Origin: an uncultured Gammaproteobacteria bacterium
GTDB taxonomy: Bacteria; Patescibacteriota; Patescibacteriia; Magasanikbacterales; GWA2-37-8
DNA: 49,079 bases
NCBI GenBank assembly: GCA_964536725.1
Contig: CAZHYJ010000004.1
Span: 48,940-98,018, forward strand
Reading direction: 5' to 3'
The notes beneath the pieces were generated by a model. The model saw only the letters and a list, made by a program, of their open reading frames with translations, did no database searches and was not told the DNA's origin. The translations under genes were made by a program, and so were the position numbers. Positions 20,024 to 29,297 of this stretch are shown in pieces. The number at the start of each line of letters is the position of its first letter. Position 1 is the stretch's first letter.

Positions 20024-21481
20024 ATGGCTTTCCGCAGAAATTTTGATTTTTTACCAGCTAGGGAAACCGAATTATTTAAACCGGAAGTGGCTTCTAATGT
20101 AGAAGGTAAAATCGAGCAAGTTATTTGGACTACAGGTTTTAATTTTGATTCTGAAGAAGGTTCTTTGTGGGCTCATCGTTATGGTGACATGTTAAAAGGT
20201 GGTGAAGTGGCGGGTTTAAAATTAGTTTTTTTAAAAAATTTATTAGCCGACTTGCCAAAAGATGTCGTATTAAAAATTATAGTTTCAAAATCTCCTAATG
20301 AAAATACAAAGAAGCTTATTTCTGATTTGTCAGAAGCATTGGTGAATGTAGGTGCGGATGAGAAGAGGCTGCAAATTGAGGTATCAGAAAATGCATATCA
20401 GGGGAGGAATAAAGAATGGGCTCGTGATTATTGGCTTTTAGCAAATGATGGACAAACAATATACACGCCAAATTATCAAGCGAAAAAAGATAAAGAGTTA
20501 CAGTTAAATCAATACTCTGAAACCGCCGCAGAAGGTTTGGGGTTAAAAAGAATTGAGTGCCCGTTTTATTTTGAAGGAGGAGATATAAGAGTGGCCGAAA
20601 GTAAAATGTTTATAGGTTTAGATACAATTTTGGATAATCTTAAAGCAAGTAAAATTAGTATTACATTAGATGCAATTTTAGAAATGGCACAAAAATTTTC
20701 TCGTTGGTTTGGTATGGAAGAGGTTGAAGTTGTTGGATTGGATTATGTCAAGAAAATAATTTCGGATCAATCGTTTAGGCAAAGCAATCAAATCGAAAAA
20801 GATAAAATGTTGAGGCCGCCTTTTTTTCATACCGATTTGTATTTTACCCCGCTCGGTGGCGGTAAAGTAGCGATAGGCGACATTAAGCAGTTTTTTAGAA
20901 TTTTAAGTGAGTCAGGATGTGATGAAAAAAATATTAAATATAGTTTTTTACAAGTTCTAAATAAATTAAATGAGCAACTAAAAGGTTTTTCTAAGTTGGC
21001 AGATTTTGAGAGAATGCTTAAAGATTGTGTGGGTACTATTTTGGATGTCGTCAATTCTGGACAATCAATTGAGAATCACCCTGCCATAGGAAGAATTCAA
21101 CTTTTTTTAGATAGAGTAGCTGAACAGATGGAAGAGAGTGGTTTTGAGGTAATACGTTTACCGATTATGCCAAATTTTGGTAATGAACGAACAAACGATC
21201 GTTCGGCAATGATTACTTATAATAATTCTTTGGTAGAGAAATATTTTGATGGGCAGTCAGTGGTCAGTCGCATTTGGCTTCCTTCTTATGGGGCGAATCG
21301 AAGAAGTATAGATAATGATGGGCGGCGAGTCCCGGCAGATGCGCTAGATATGGTTGATGATGAAGCGCGAAGAATATTAAAAAACAACGGAATTGAACCG
21401 TTGCCTATAGAAACCGGTTTTGAAAGATCGCTCTATGGCGGGTCACTGAATTGTAGTTTGTTAGAAAAAAGACAATTATAA
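20024..21481 (+). CDS. Pentein-fold (amidinotransferase/deiminase superfamily) protein
   Basis: WARD, FEGGD, HTD and C-terminal GGSLNC in the order typical of agmatine/arginine deiminases. Confidence 0.65.
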   Translation: MAFRRNFDFLPARETELFKPEVASNVEGKIEQVIWTTGFNFDSEEGSLWAHRYGDMLKGGEVAGLKLVFLKNLLADLPKDVVLKIIVSKSPNENTKKLISDLSEALVNVGADEKRLQIEVSENAYQGRNKEWARDYWLLANDGQTIYTPNYQAKKDKELQLNQYSETAAEGLGLKRIECPFYFEGGDIRVAESKMFIGLDTILDNLKASKISITLDAILEMAQKFSRWFGMEEVEVVGLDYVKKIISDQSFRQSNQIEKDKMLRPPFFHTDLYFTPLGGGKVAIGDIKQFFRILSESGCDEKNIKYSFLQVLNKLNEQLKGFSKLADFERMLKDCVGTILDVVNSGQSIENHPAIGRIQLFLDRVAEQMEESGFEVIRLPIMPNFGNERTNDRSAMITYNNSLVEKYFDGQSVVSRIWLPSYGANRRSIDNDGRRVPADALDMVDDEARRILKNNGIEPLPIETGFERSLYGGSLNCSLLEKRQL

Positions 21482-21502
21482 TATTTTACTGACGAATTTT
21501 TG

Positions 21503-21519
21503 GTGATCCGGCTGAGATT
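21503..21519 (-). repeat. 17-bp duplicate of the tRNA-Lys 3-prime end
   Basis: GTGATCCGGCTGAGATT at 21503-21519 and 21608-21624; the duplicate ends in CCA on the minus strand. Confidence 0.85.
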
Positions 21520-21608
21520 TACCCCCTACACTACGCTTCGGGTCATAAACCTCTCATCCCTTCCGAACAACAACAAAAACACCACCTAACGGTGGAATTT
21601 TTGTTTTG

Positions 21609-21681
21609 TGATCCGGCTGAGATTCGAACTCAGGACCGTCTCCTTAAAAGGGAGCTGCTCTACCAGCTGAGCTACCGGACC
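21609..21681 (-). tRNA. tRNA-Lys (UUU)
   Basis: Acceptor GGTCCGG/CCGGATC, D arm GCTC/GAGC, loop CTTTTAA, T arm CTGAG-TTCGAAT-CTCAG. Confidence 0.92.
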
Positions 21682-21801
21682 AATTGATTTAACAACTGTT
21701 AAATGATATACTATTTTTATCTAAATAGCAATATCAGCCTGTGGAAAATTACTAATTTATTGTCAAAAATATATCATTTTTTAAATAATAAGTCAATATC
21801 T

Positions 21802-22374
21802 ATGTTGAACAAAAAATATTTGCAGGTTTTACGTGGTCAGGTTTTGGGCTATGCGGTCAAACGTCGCGAGGTGATAAAGATTGCGGGAGACGCCCAACAC
21901 CACGCCAAAAGGGCCATTTTTGCCTTCCAGAGGGATGATAAGGCGGCGGGAGAAGAGTCCTTGCGCCAGGCCAATGAGCTTTTGGTGCAAATCAACAAGA
22001 AATTTAAGGGCGACAAAGCCCTGTTTGATGAGGGGTCATATTTAGCCGCTACTGAAGAGTATGTGGAGTCATATTTGTTCCACCAATTTTGGCAAGGTAA
22101 AGAATTGGGCAAGATTGCTGGTCTGATTGTTGACGCTGATTCTTACATCGGTGGCCTATGTGATTTGCCAGGCGAACTCTATCGTTATGCTATTAAATCT
22201 GCCACGGCGAAAAATTTTCCGATGGTAGAAAAGTGTTACAAACTGTCAGAAGAAATTATTGGAGAATTGATGGATATGGATTTGACCGGTTACAATCGTA
22301 ACAAATTTGATCAGGCGAAGGGTGCGTTGCACAAGATTGAACAAGTGGTGTACGAAGTTAGTTTGCGTAAGTAA
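21802..22374 (+). CDS. Translin/TRAX (C3PO-like) family protein
   Basis: All-helical ~190 aa with EEYVE and YIGGLCDLPGEL motifs; start set to ATG 21802. Confidence 0.75.
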   Translation: MLNKKYLQVLRGQVLGYAVKRREVIKIAGDAQHHAKRAIFAFQRDDKAAGEESLRQANELLVQINKKFKGDKALFDEGSYLAATEEYVESYLFHQFWQGKELGKIAGLIVDADSYIGGLCDLPGELYRYAIKSATAKNFPMVEKCYKLSEEIIGELMDMDLTGYNRNKFDQAKGALHKIEQVVYEVSLRK

Positions 22375-22378
22375 AATT

Positions 22379-23686
22379 ATGTTGGGTGATTATTTTAAAA
22401 AAATAAAACACTATCTAATCGCCGTTGCGGCATATTGGTGGTATGGCCGTCCGTCACGCAAGTTAATTGTTGTCGGGGTGACCGGTACCAAAGGTAAATC
22501 CACTACCTGTCGTTTGGTGGCTTCGGTTTTGGAGGCGGGCGGGTACAAAGTAGGGATGTTGTCAACAGTAGAATTTCAGGTGGGCGAAAAACGTTGGGCG
22601 AATGATAAGAAAATGACGATGCTCGGGTTGGGGCAGATTCAAAAGATGTTGCGTGAGATGGTGCGAGTCGGTTGCCAATACGCTGTGATAGAAACATCCT
22701 CCGAAGGTATTTTGCAATATCGTCACTATGGTTTGAATTATGACATCGCGGTATTTACCAATTTAGGCACTGAACACTCTGAGCGTCATGGTGGTTTTGA
22801 AAATTTAAAACAAGACAAAGGGAAAATGTTTGCTGCTTTAGCAAGTAGAAGGAAAAAACTTTTTGGTAAAAAAATTTCTAAAGTTATTATCGCTAACGTT
22901 GACGATCAGCATTCGGAATATTATTTAAATTTTTCGGCAGATGAGAAATGGGGTTTTGGTTTGGGCGTGAATAAGGCAGAAGGTTCGAAGTCACATACAC
23001 TAGTTGGCAAGATTGTGGGAAATGATTCTGGTCGTTCGCAATTCGTAGTTGGTGGAGAAAATTACAGTTTAAATATCATCGGTGATTTTAATGTTTACAA
23101 CGCCATGGCGGCGGTAGCGGTTGGAAAATCGCAAGGATTGAGTCCAATACAAATATCAACTGGTTTAATGAATGTAAAACAGGTGGAAGGTCGGATGGAG
23201 TTTATCGATTGTGGTCAGCCGTTTAAAGTAGTGGTAGATTATGCGCACGAACCATTGAGTTTAACTGCTTTGTTTAAAACTTTAAAAGATTTGGTGGCGA
23301 AAGATAGTGGAAGAGTGATAGCGGTGGTTGGGTCCGATGGTGGCGGGCGAGATGTTAGTAAACGTGGTAAAATGGGCGCTGTGGCAGGAGAATTGGCTGA
23401 TATTGTAGTAGTGACAGATGTAAATTGTTTTGATGAAGACCCAAAAGCAATCGCCGAGATGTTGGCGGTGGGTGCGCGCGAAGTGGGGAAAATTGAAGGC
23501 AAAGATTTGTTTGTGGAGGTGGATCGTCGCAAGGGAATTGAATTAGCGATTAAGTTGGCCCTCCCCGGTGATGTTGTTGTTGTTACCGCCAAAGGCACGG
23601 AGCCGTGCATCGTGGTAGCAGGTGGAAAGAGGTTGCCCTGGAACGATCGCGTTGTTGCCAAAGAAATTTTACAATCGATAAAATAA
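22379..23686 (+). CDS. murE: UDP-MurNAc-tripeptide synthetase (Mur ligase)
   Basis: GVTGTKGKSTT, IETSSEG, VFTNL, FNVYN, GRME, VVVDYAHEP. Confidence 0.85.
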   Translation: MLGDYFKKIKHYLIAVAAYWWYGRPSRKLIVVGVTGTKGKSTTCRLVASVLEAGGYKVGMLSTVEFQVGEKRWANDKKMTMLGLGQIQKMLREMVRVGCQYAVIETSSEGILQYRHYGLNYDIAVFTNLGTEHSERHGGFENLKQDKGKMFAALASRRKKLFGKKISKVIIANVDDQHSEYYLNFSADEKWGFGLGVNKAEGSKSHTLVGKIVGNDSGRSQFVVGGENYSLNIIGDFNVYNAMAAVAVGKSQGLSPIQISTGLMNVKQVEGRMEFIDCGQPFKVVVDYAHEPLSLTALFKTLKDLVAKDSGRVIAVVGSDGGGRDVSKRGKMGAVAGELADIVVVTDVNCFDEDPKAIAEMLAVGAREVGKIEGKDLFVEVDRRKGIELAIKLALPGDVVVVTAKGTEPCIVVAGGKRLPWNDRVVAKEILQSIK

Positions 23687-23701
23687 TTTCTAATAAAATA
23701 T

Positions 23702-24376
23702 ATGTCATTAGAAAAAAAGATTCAACTACGTCCGAATGAAGAGATCGACCTGATTGTTCGTCGTTCCGGAGCGATTTTTACTTGGAGATATATTTTAAGT
23801 TTTGCTATTTTATTTTCCACTGCTTTTTATCTCTTCTGGCTTTTGGCTCAAGGTTGGTGGGGGATGGTGATAGTTGGTCTGGGTTTTGTGGTCGGTATAT
23901 ATATAATTTTTCACGCTTGGTTTTTTTGGAAAAATAATATGTTGGTGGTTACTACAGAGCGCGTGGTTGATATCAACCGTTTGAGTTGGTTTGAAGAGCT
24001 GATTTCGGCAGCGGCCTATAACGATATCAAAGATATTTATCTTCATCGCAAAGGGGTGTTCGCTAGTATTTTTAATTACGCAACGGTGGTAATTGAAAGT
24101 AAAAGTCAGCGTGCGTTATTGGAATTACCGGCAGTGGCTGAACCGGAAAAAATCCTGGCTTTGGTGCTGGATAAAATTGATCAGTCTGAGAGCCGGCGTG
24201 GTCTGCTGAAAAAGCAGGCAGTGTACGATCGTTTTTTAGAGATTATTCCTGAGTTGGAGGAAGCAGAACTGTGCGAAGTGTTGGACTTAGTTGATTTACG
24301 TTTGGCTAATTTAGCGGGTGATGTGACAAAAACACCAATCGAAGAGGTTGATAAAAATGAGGAAGAGGTGATATAA
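23702..24376 (+). CDS. Membrane protein with bacterial PH-like domain
   Basis: Two TM helices, then LVVTTERVVD..IKDI..GVFASIFNYATVVIES. Confidence 0.65.
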   Translation: MSLEKKIQLRPNEEIDLIVRRSGAIFTWRYILSFAILFSTAFYLFWLLAQGWWGMVIVGLGFVVGIYIIFHAWFFWKNNMLVVTTERVVDINRLSWFEELISAAAYNDIKDIYLHRKGVFASIFNYATVVIESKSQRALLELPAVAEPEKILALVLDKIDQSESRRGLLKKQAVYDRFLEIIPELEEAELCEVLDLVDLRLANLAGDVTKTPIEEVDKNEEEVI

Positions 24377-24426
24377 TAAAACCATATTCCCCAAGGGGAA
24401 AAGTTTTGGTATTTAAATGATTAATT

Positions 24427-24837
24427 ATGCCGACCAGGGGGAAAAATCACTGGCAAAACATATTCGGTTCGCGCTGGTTTTTACTAGTGCTTTTGGTGAT
24501 TGCAATTTTGGTAGCTGCTTCTTACGGGCGCGCCTATTACCGCGACTATCAAGTGCGACAAGAAATTGTTGCTTTGCAAAACGAAGTTAAAAAATTAGAA
24601 GCGAAAAAGATTGAAACAATGGAGATTTTGCAGTATGTAAAATCGAGTAATTTTATTGAAGAAAAAGCGCGGATGGAGTTGAATTTGATTAAACCAGGCG
24701 AGAAAATGGCGATTGTTGCCTCTGGTACGGGTGTGGGAGAAAATGAGGTTGAAAAGACCGGCGATTATGTTGTTGATATACCTAATCCGGTAAAATGGTG
24801 GCGCTTGTTTTTTGGGGGCTTGCGTGACAATCAATAA
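24427..24837 (+). CDS. ftsB: Septum formation initiator (FtsB/DivIC family)
   Basis: TM helix, coiled coil, IEEKARMELNLIKPGE. Confidence 0.75.
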   Translation: MPTRGKNHWQNIFGSRWFLLVLLVIAILVAASYGRAYYRDYQVRQEIVALQNEVKKLEAKKIETMEILQYVKSSNFIEEKARMELNLIKPGEKMAIVASGTGVGENEVEKTGDYVVDIPNPVKWWRLFFGGLRDNQ

Positions 24838-24881
24838 TTTTGTATAATTTAAAAACTTATTAATTAACTTTCATTTTTTCT

Positions 24882-25904
24882 ATGGAAAATCTAGTACCTA
24901 ACACTGAACCGGTGGTTGGTGTTAAAGCAGAAAAAGAGCAAAAAAATTTAAAAATGTTTTTGCTTGGATTGGGTGGTTTAGTTTTGACTGTTTTGATTTT
25001 GACTATTTTTGTTGGGGTATATCGTGTTTATGCCAAAGGGGCAACTGACACCTTTACTGTAACAGTAGCAAAAGCTTTGCGTTTGCCGGCGTTAAAAATC
25101 AATGGTGAAGTTGTTCGTTATGGTGAGTTTGCCGATGATATGAAAGCAATACGCAAAATGCGTGATTATGAAAAAGCCAACAATGGCCAGAATGCAGAAA
25201 TGACTGACGAACAGATGACGGATCAGGTGTTATGGCGTTTGGCCAATAGTATATTGGTTAAAGAAGGGGCTTTGGCCTATAATTTGAAAATAGAACAAGC
25301 GGATATTGATAAATTGAAAACACAATTGTTGCAAAATTTTGCAAGCAGCGATGAATTGGACAGAGAATTACAACAGCGTTATGGTTGGAATTTAGCAACT
25401 TACGAAAAAAAGGTGATGAATACTTTTGTTTTACAATCAAAGTTGTCTGAGGCTTTGACATTGGACGTAAAACTGAAAGACGGGGTAAAAGTTCAAGCTC
25501 AAGCGGTTTTGGATCAAATCAAAGCGGGTGCGGATTTTGCGGAAATGGCCAAAAAATATGGTCAGGATGGCACTAAAGATACTGGCGGCGATTTAGGCTT
25601 TTTTGCCGCTGGTGATATGGTACCACAGTTTGAACAAGCTGCTTTTGCTTTGAAAGCAGGGGAGACTACCCAAGATTTGGTCGAGACCGAATATGGTTAT
25701 CATATAATAAAGACAGTAGAAAAGAAGACAGAAAAAGTAAAAGATGAGGCTGGTCGGATGGTAAACAAAGAACAGGTTCGTGCTAGTCACATCCTCTTCC
25801 GTTTTCCAGCGGTAGATACATATTTAGATAATTTGGCGAAGAAATCTACAATTCATTTGTATATTAAGGCGCACAACCCATTCACTGAGTTATTGACAAA
25901 ATAA
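24882..25904 (+). CDS. prsA: SurA/PrsA-like parvulin peptidylprolyl isomerase
   Basis: FAEMAKKYGQD, GGDLGFF, MVPQFEQAAF, TEYGYHIIK, ASHILF. Confidence 0.8.
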   Translation: MENLVPNTEPVVGVKAEKEQKNLKMFLLGLGGLVLTVLILTIFVGVYRVYAKGATDTFTVTVAKALRLPALKINGEVVRYGEFADDMKAIRKMRDYEKANNGQNAEMTDEQMTDQVLWRLANSILVKEGALAYNLKIEQADIDKLKTQLLQNFASSDELDRELQQRYGWNLATYEKKVMNTFVLQSKLSEALTLDVKLKDGVKVQAQAVLDQIKAGADFAEMAKKYGQDGTKDTGGDLGFFAAGDMVPQFEQAAFALKAGETTQDLVETEYGYHIIKTVEKKTEKVKDEAGRMVNKEQVRASHILFRFPAVDTYLDNLAKKSTIHLYIKAHNPFTELLTK

Positions 25905-25940
25905 ATAAAATAAAGACGGGGGCCTAGCCCTCGTTTTGCT

Positions 25941-26011
25941 GCGGGATTAGTACATTGGTAGTATGCATCCTTCCCAAGGATGAGAGGCCAGTTCGATTCT
26001 GGTATCCCGCT
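25941..26011 (+). tRNA. tRNA-Gly (CCC)
   Basis: Acceptor GCGGGAT/ATCCCGC, anticodon arm CATCC-TTCCCAA-GGATG, T arm GCCAG-TTCGATT-CTGGT. Confidence 0.92.
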
Positions 26012-26070
26012 CGATACATCACTCGGAAAAGGTCGAGCGATGTAAAATGGTTGAGTCGATGGAGGTGTCT

Positions 26071-26826
26071 ATGCGGATCAAAGAAAGATCTGTGCGGGCG
26101 ATTGTGCTTGCGGACGGCCCCGAATTGGGACCCGGTTCCATTCTGGAGGCTGGTTACAAGGACAGGCTTCCGAAGTGTATGCTTCAGGTCGGGGGGCAGA
26201 CGCTCATTGTGCGCATCCTGAAGATGTTGAACGCCTTCGGGATTATCAATGTCACCGTCGTGACGGGGCATAAGAGCGCGTTGGTGGAGAAGGAGGGTGG
26301 TTTTCGTGCGCGTTACGTCAAGAACCCCTTCTACCACGTGCTGGGGAGTGTGGCCTCTCTGTGGTTCGCACGGCATTGTCTGCGGGACAGCGACGTCCTG
26401 GTGCTGAACGCCGGGATGTTCTTCGAAGAAGCGGTGCTGACCAAGCTCCTGGACGATTCGGAGAGCAACTTCGTGCTGTTGTCTGATTCTAGTCGGCAGG
26501 TGGACACCAGCAACCAGTTCCTCTTGAAGGAAGGTGAACTCTGCGGCTACAGCGAGTGCGGCAAGGCCGTCATGCCCACGGACGCATATCTCGGTGTGGC
26601 CAAGATCAGCGCGTCTTTCATTGACGAGTTTCGTTCTTGCCTCCGACTCCTGGTTGAAGAGGAGAAGTGGGCAGATCAGCGCTGGGAAGACACCTTCGTT
26701 CGTGAGTGTCAGCGGTTCAGAGTAGAAGTCAGGGATGTCTCTGGCATGTTCTGGAGCGGTCTCAACTGCTCCAAGGACTACGACGATGTCGTCGCCTGGG
26801 TCGACGCTCAGCGCGACAAAACCTAG
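26071..26826 (+). CDS. GC-rich nucleotidyltransferase (LicC/phosphocholine cytidylyltransferase-like) with degenerate motifs
   Basis: AIVLADG, LPKCML, VVTGHK, NPFY, SLWFAR; SD GGAGGTGTCT-ATG; ~58% GC in a counted line. Confidence 0.7.
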   Translation: MRIKERSVRAIVLADGPELGPGSILEAGYKDRLPKCMLQVGGQTLIVRILKMLNAFGIINVTVVTGHKSALVEKEGGFRARYVKNPFYHVLGSVASLWFARHCLRDSDVLVLNAGMFFEEAVLTKLLDDSESNFVLLSDSSRQVDTSNQFLLKEGELCGYSECGKAVMPTDAYLGVAKISASFIDEFRSCLRLLVEEEKWADQRWEDTFVRECQRFRVEVRDVSGMFWSGLNCSKDYDDVVAWVDAQRDKT

Positions 26827-26897
26827 TCGTCCGTGTAAAAGCGAACGACATTATGGAGGTGAAATATTGTTTCGCGTGGTGGGGGGATGCGCGGACC

Positions 26898-26992
26898 AAA
26901 AGTCCATTCGCACACCACCTTTTTTTCTCAAAATGTTTTTGGATGAAAAGGTGGAGGTAAAATTTTGGAGGATAAATTTGCGAATGGATTTT
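26898..26992 (+). repeat. Conserved compound hairpin A
   Basis: Outer stem AAAAGTCCATTCGCA/TGCGAATGGATTTT, inner CCACCTTTT/AAAAGGTGG; homologous to 29298-29378. Confidence 0.7.
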
Positions 26993-26996
26993 CTTT

Positions 26997-27067
26997 GCCC
27001 TCTTTGTTCAGTGGCAGAACAGTGGTATCGTAAACCACAAACATCAGTTCGATTCTGATAGAGGGCT
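26997..27067 (+). tRNA. tRNA-Thr (CGU)
   Basis: Acceptor GCCCTCT/AGAGGGC, D arm GTTC/GAAC, anticodon arm GTGGT-ATCGTAA-ACCAC (unusual A32), T arm ATCAG-TTCGATT-CTGAT. Confidence 0.88.
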
Positions 27068-27142
27068 CATTTATACACACCTTGTCATTGAAGAAGTTTT
27101 ATACTTCTTCTTTTTGTGGTATAATTTAGTTATCAATTGCTT

Positions 27143-27823
27143 ATGATTAAATTGCAAGGAGTAACTAAACTTTATACCGCCACTTCCGTTGCACTGCGGG
27201 ATATTAGTATTAATATTGGTGCGGGGGAGTTTGTGTCAATTATTGGTCAAAGTGGTAGTGGTAAAACAACACTAGCCAAACTTTTGATTGCTGAAGAGCG
27301 TCCCACCAAAGGCCATATTCAAATTGGTGATTGGGATTTGACCAACATTACCTCCAACGAAGTTCCATATTTACGTCGTCAGATTGGAATGATTTTTCAG
27401 GATTACAAACTTCTACCCAAGAAAACTATTTATGAAAATGTAGCTTTTGCTTTGGAAGTTGCAGGTGAAAACAGCAATCGCATTCATCAGGTTATTCCGC
27501 AATTGTTGGAAATTGTTGGTTTATCTAAAAAACACGATCATTATCCTTTTCAACTATCTGGTGGTGAGCAACAACGAGCGGCTATTGCACGTTCGCTCGC
27601 TCATCGTCCAAAAATAATTGTGGCAGATGAGCCGACTGGCAATTTGGATACAATTAATACCGAAGAAATAATCCAGATATTAAAAAAGATAAATGAATTT
27701 GGTACGACTATTATGTTGTTAACGCACAATCGTGAAGTGGTAAACAGTTTGCGTCGTCGGGTGATTACTTTGCATGGTGGAGAGATTGTGATGGATCAAA
27801 GTGAAGGAAAATATGTGCTTTAA
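27143..27823 (+). CDS. ftsE: Cell division ATP-binding protein FtsE
   Basis: [37 protein letters not shown]; upstream of ftsX. Confidence 0.9.
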   Translation: MIKLQGVTKLYTATSVALRDISINIGAGEFVSIIGQSGSGKTTLAKLLIAEERPTKGHIQIGDWDLTNITSNEVPYLRRQIGMIFQDYKLLPKKTIYENVAFALEVAGENSNRIHQVIPQLLEIVGLSKKHDHYPFQLSGGEQQRAAIARSLAHRPKIIVADEPTGNLDTINTEEIIQILKKINEFGTTIMLLTHNREVVNSLRRRVITLHGGEIVMDQSEGKYVL

Positions 27824-27851
27824 ATTGTAAATGAAATTATAAGCGAAACGT

Positions 27852-28760
27852 ATGGTATCATTTTGGCGAGTGTTAAAATTTGCTTTTCAAGATTTAGGTC
27901 GCAATATTGGGATGTCTTTCATGACTGTCTTTATTTTGGTTCTAATGTTGCTGTCTTTTAACACCTTGTGGTCAGTGGAGATTTTGACCAAGCAAGCGGT
28001 GAGTACAGTGAAAGATCAGATCAACGTTAGTATATATTTTTCTTCTGACGCGAAAGATAAGGAAGCTGAAGATGTTAAAAGTTATCTAGCGGGTTTTCCT
28101 GAAGTAACACAGGTGGATTTACGCAGTCGTGATGAGGTACTGCGTTTGTTCCAAGAGCGTCATAGTTTGAGCCCAGAAGTTTTGGATGCGTTGAAAGAAT
28201 TAGGTGGCAATCCTTTTGGCCCGACGGTAATCGTCAAAACCAAAGAACCAGGTGATTACAAAAAGATTGTGGAGGCTCTGAATGCTCCGGAATACAAAGA
28301 TTTGATTGAAGCGAAAAGTTTTGATGAGCATTCTGATGCGATCGACAAAATCCAAAATATCACTAACCGAATTGAGGGGGCGGGGATGGGGTTGACGATT
28401 TTGTTTGCGCTGATTTCCTTTTTGGTGATATTTAATACGGTGCGGGTGGCAATAACTAGCCAGCGTTTTGAGATTGGAATTAAACGTTTGGTGGGGGCGA
28501 GCAACTGGTTTATCCGTGGGCCATATTTGGTTGTGTCAGTGATTTTAACTTTGATTAGCGTGGGTGTGGCGGCGGTCATTATTAAAATTGCCTTAAAATG
28601 GGTGGATCGTTATTTGTCTGTGGTTTTCGCCAACGGCTTCTCCTTGACAAATTATTACAATTCGCATATTCTGTACGTGTTTGGCGTACAGATCTTAGTG
28701 GTGCTGGTTTTAACAGTACTATCCAGTGTCTTAGCGATGCGCCGACAATTGAAGGTGTAG
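27852..28760 (+). CDS. ftsX: Cell division permease FtsX
   Basis: Four-TM topology, IFNTVRVAI, EIGIKRLVGASNWFIRGP. Confidence 0.9.
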   Translation: MVSFWRVLKFAFQDLGRNIGMSFMTVFILVLMLLSFNTLWSVEILTKQAVSTVKDQINVSIYFSSDAKDKEAEDVKSYLAGFPEVTQVDLRSRDEVLRLFQERHSLSPEVLDALKELGGNPFGPTVIVKTKEPGDYKKIVEALNAPEYKDLIEAKSFDEHSDAIDKIQNITNRIEGAGMGLTILFALISFLVIFNTVRVAITSQRFEIGIKRLVGASNWFIRGPYLVVSVILTLISVGVAAVIIKIALKWVDRYLSVVFANGFSLTNYYNSHILYVFGVQILVVLVLTVLSSVLAMRRQLKV

Positions 28761-28801
28761 TTTGATAACAATGTTTGTGTGTGGATAGTATGAGTATATA
28801 T

Positions 28802-28872
28802 TCCGGGGTCGTCTAAAGGCAGGACTGCAGACTTTGAATCTGTATATCTTGGTTCGATTCCAAGCCCCGGAA
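28802..28872 (+). tRNA. tRNA-Gln (UUG)
   Basis: Acceptor TCCGGGG/CCCCGGA, anticodon arm GCAGA-CTTTGAA-TCTGT, T arm CTTGG-TTCGATT-CCAAG. Confidence 0.92.
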
Positions 28873-28981
28873 CAACTTTAATATAGTAATTAAACAGGGT
28901 TTATATTGACAAAACCCTGTTTTTGTAGTAGTATCAAAATCGTAGTTTTGTTTACTACTCTTTTTTGTTAGGGGGGCAAGG

Positions 28982-29221
28982 ATGCTCGGAAAAACGTGCC
29001 GGTTCCGGTTCAATCGAGCGTTGCATACGAGCAACGCAGTCAGCTTTTACAATGACTGTGTTGTGTATGTTTTCTTGGAGCGATCAGACGGCCGGTTCAA
29101 GGCCGTCATCAGGGAGATCCCGGCAGACAAGGAAGGTCTGGGCATGGTCGGTACGTGCCTAGTCGCTTCGGCTGCCGAATTGTTCCCCATGGACAGCCAC
29201 TCTTCGGTGGTTGTCGCCTAG
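28982..29221 (+). CDS. GC-rich ORFan, 79 aa
   Basis: Purine-rich GGGGGGCAAGG before ATG; upstream TTGACA-17-TAGTAT; GC rise relative to flanks. Confidence 0.45.
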   Translation: MLGKTCRFRFNRALHTSNAVSFYNDCVVYVFLERSDGRFKAVIREIPADKEGLGMVGTCLVASAAELFPMDSHSSVVVA

Positions 29222-29297
29222 TCAACTCGACACCTCAAACAGGAGTCAGACAATGCCAATGCCTCGCGAGAGGCCTGGTGTGGGTAAGCAGTTCTAC

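Noticed and set aside
21703-21801. Longer starts for translin, and likewise for murE (22307), csp (34813), fur (44706) and the surface protein (13214)
   Set aside because: The extensions run through promoter-like or upstream coding sequence and show no family similarity
26978-26987. TTGCGAATGG shared between hairpin A and the fur palindrome
   Set aside because: A 10-nt match without the partner half-site at 5-nt spacing; compatible with chance
25988-27058. Shared CAGTTCGATTCTG in tRNA-Gly and tRNA-Thr as attL/attR
   Set aside because: It is the T arm of two complete, different tRNAs; the acceptor-stem 3-prime ends are not duplicated
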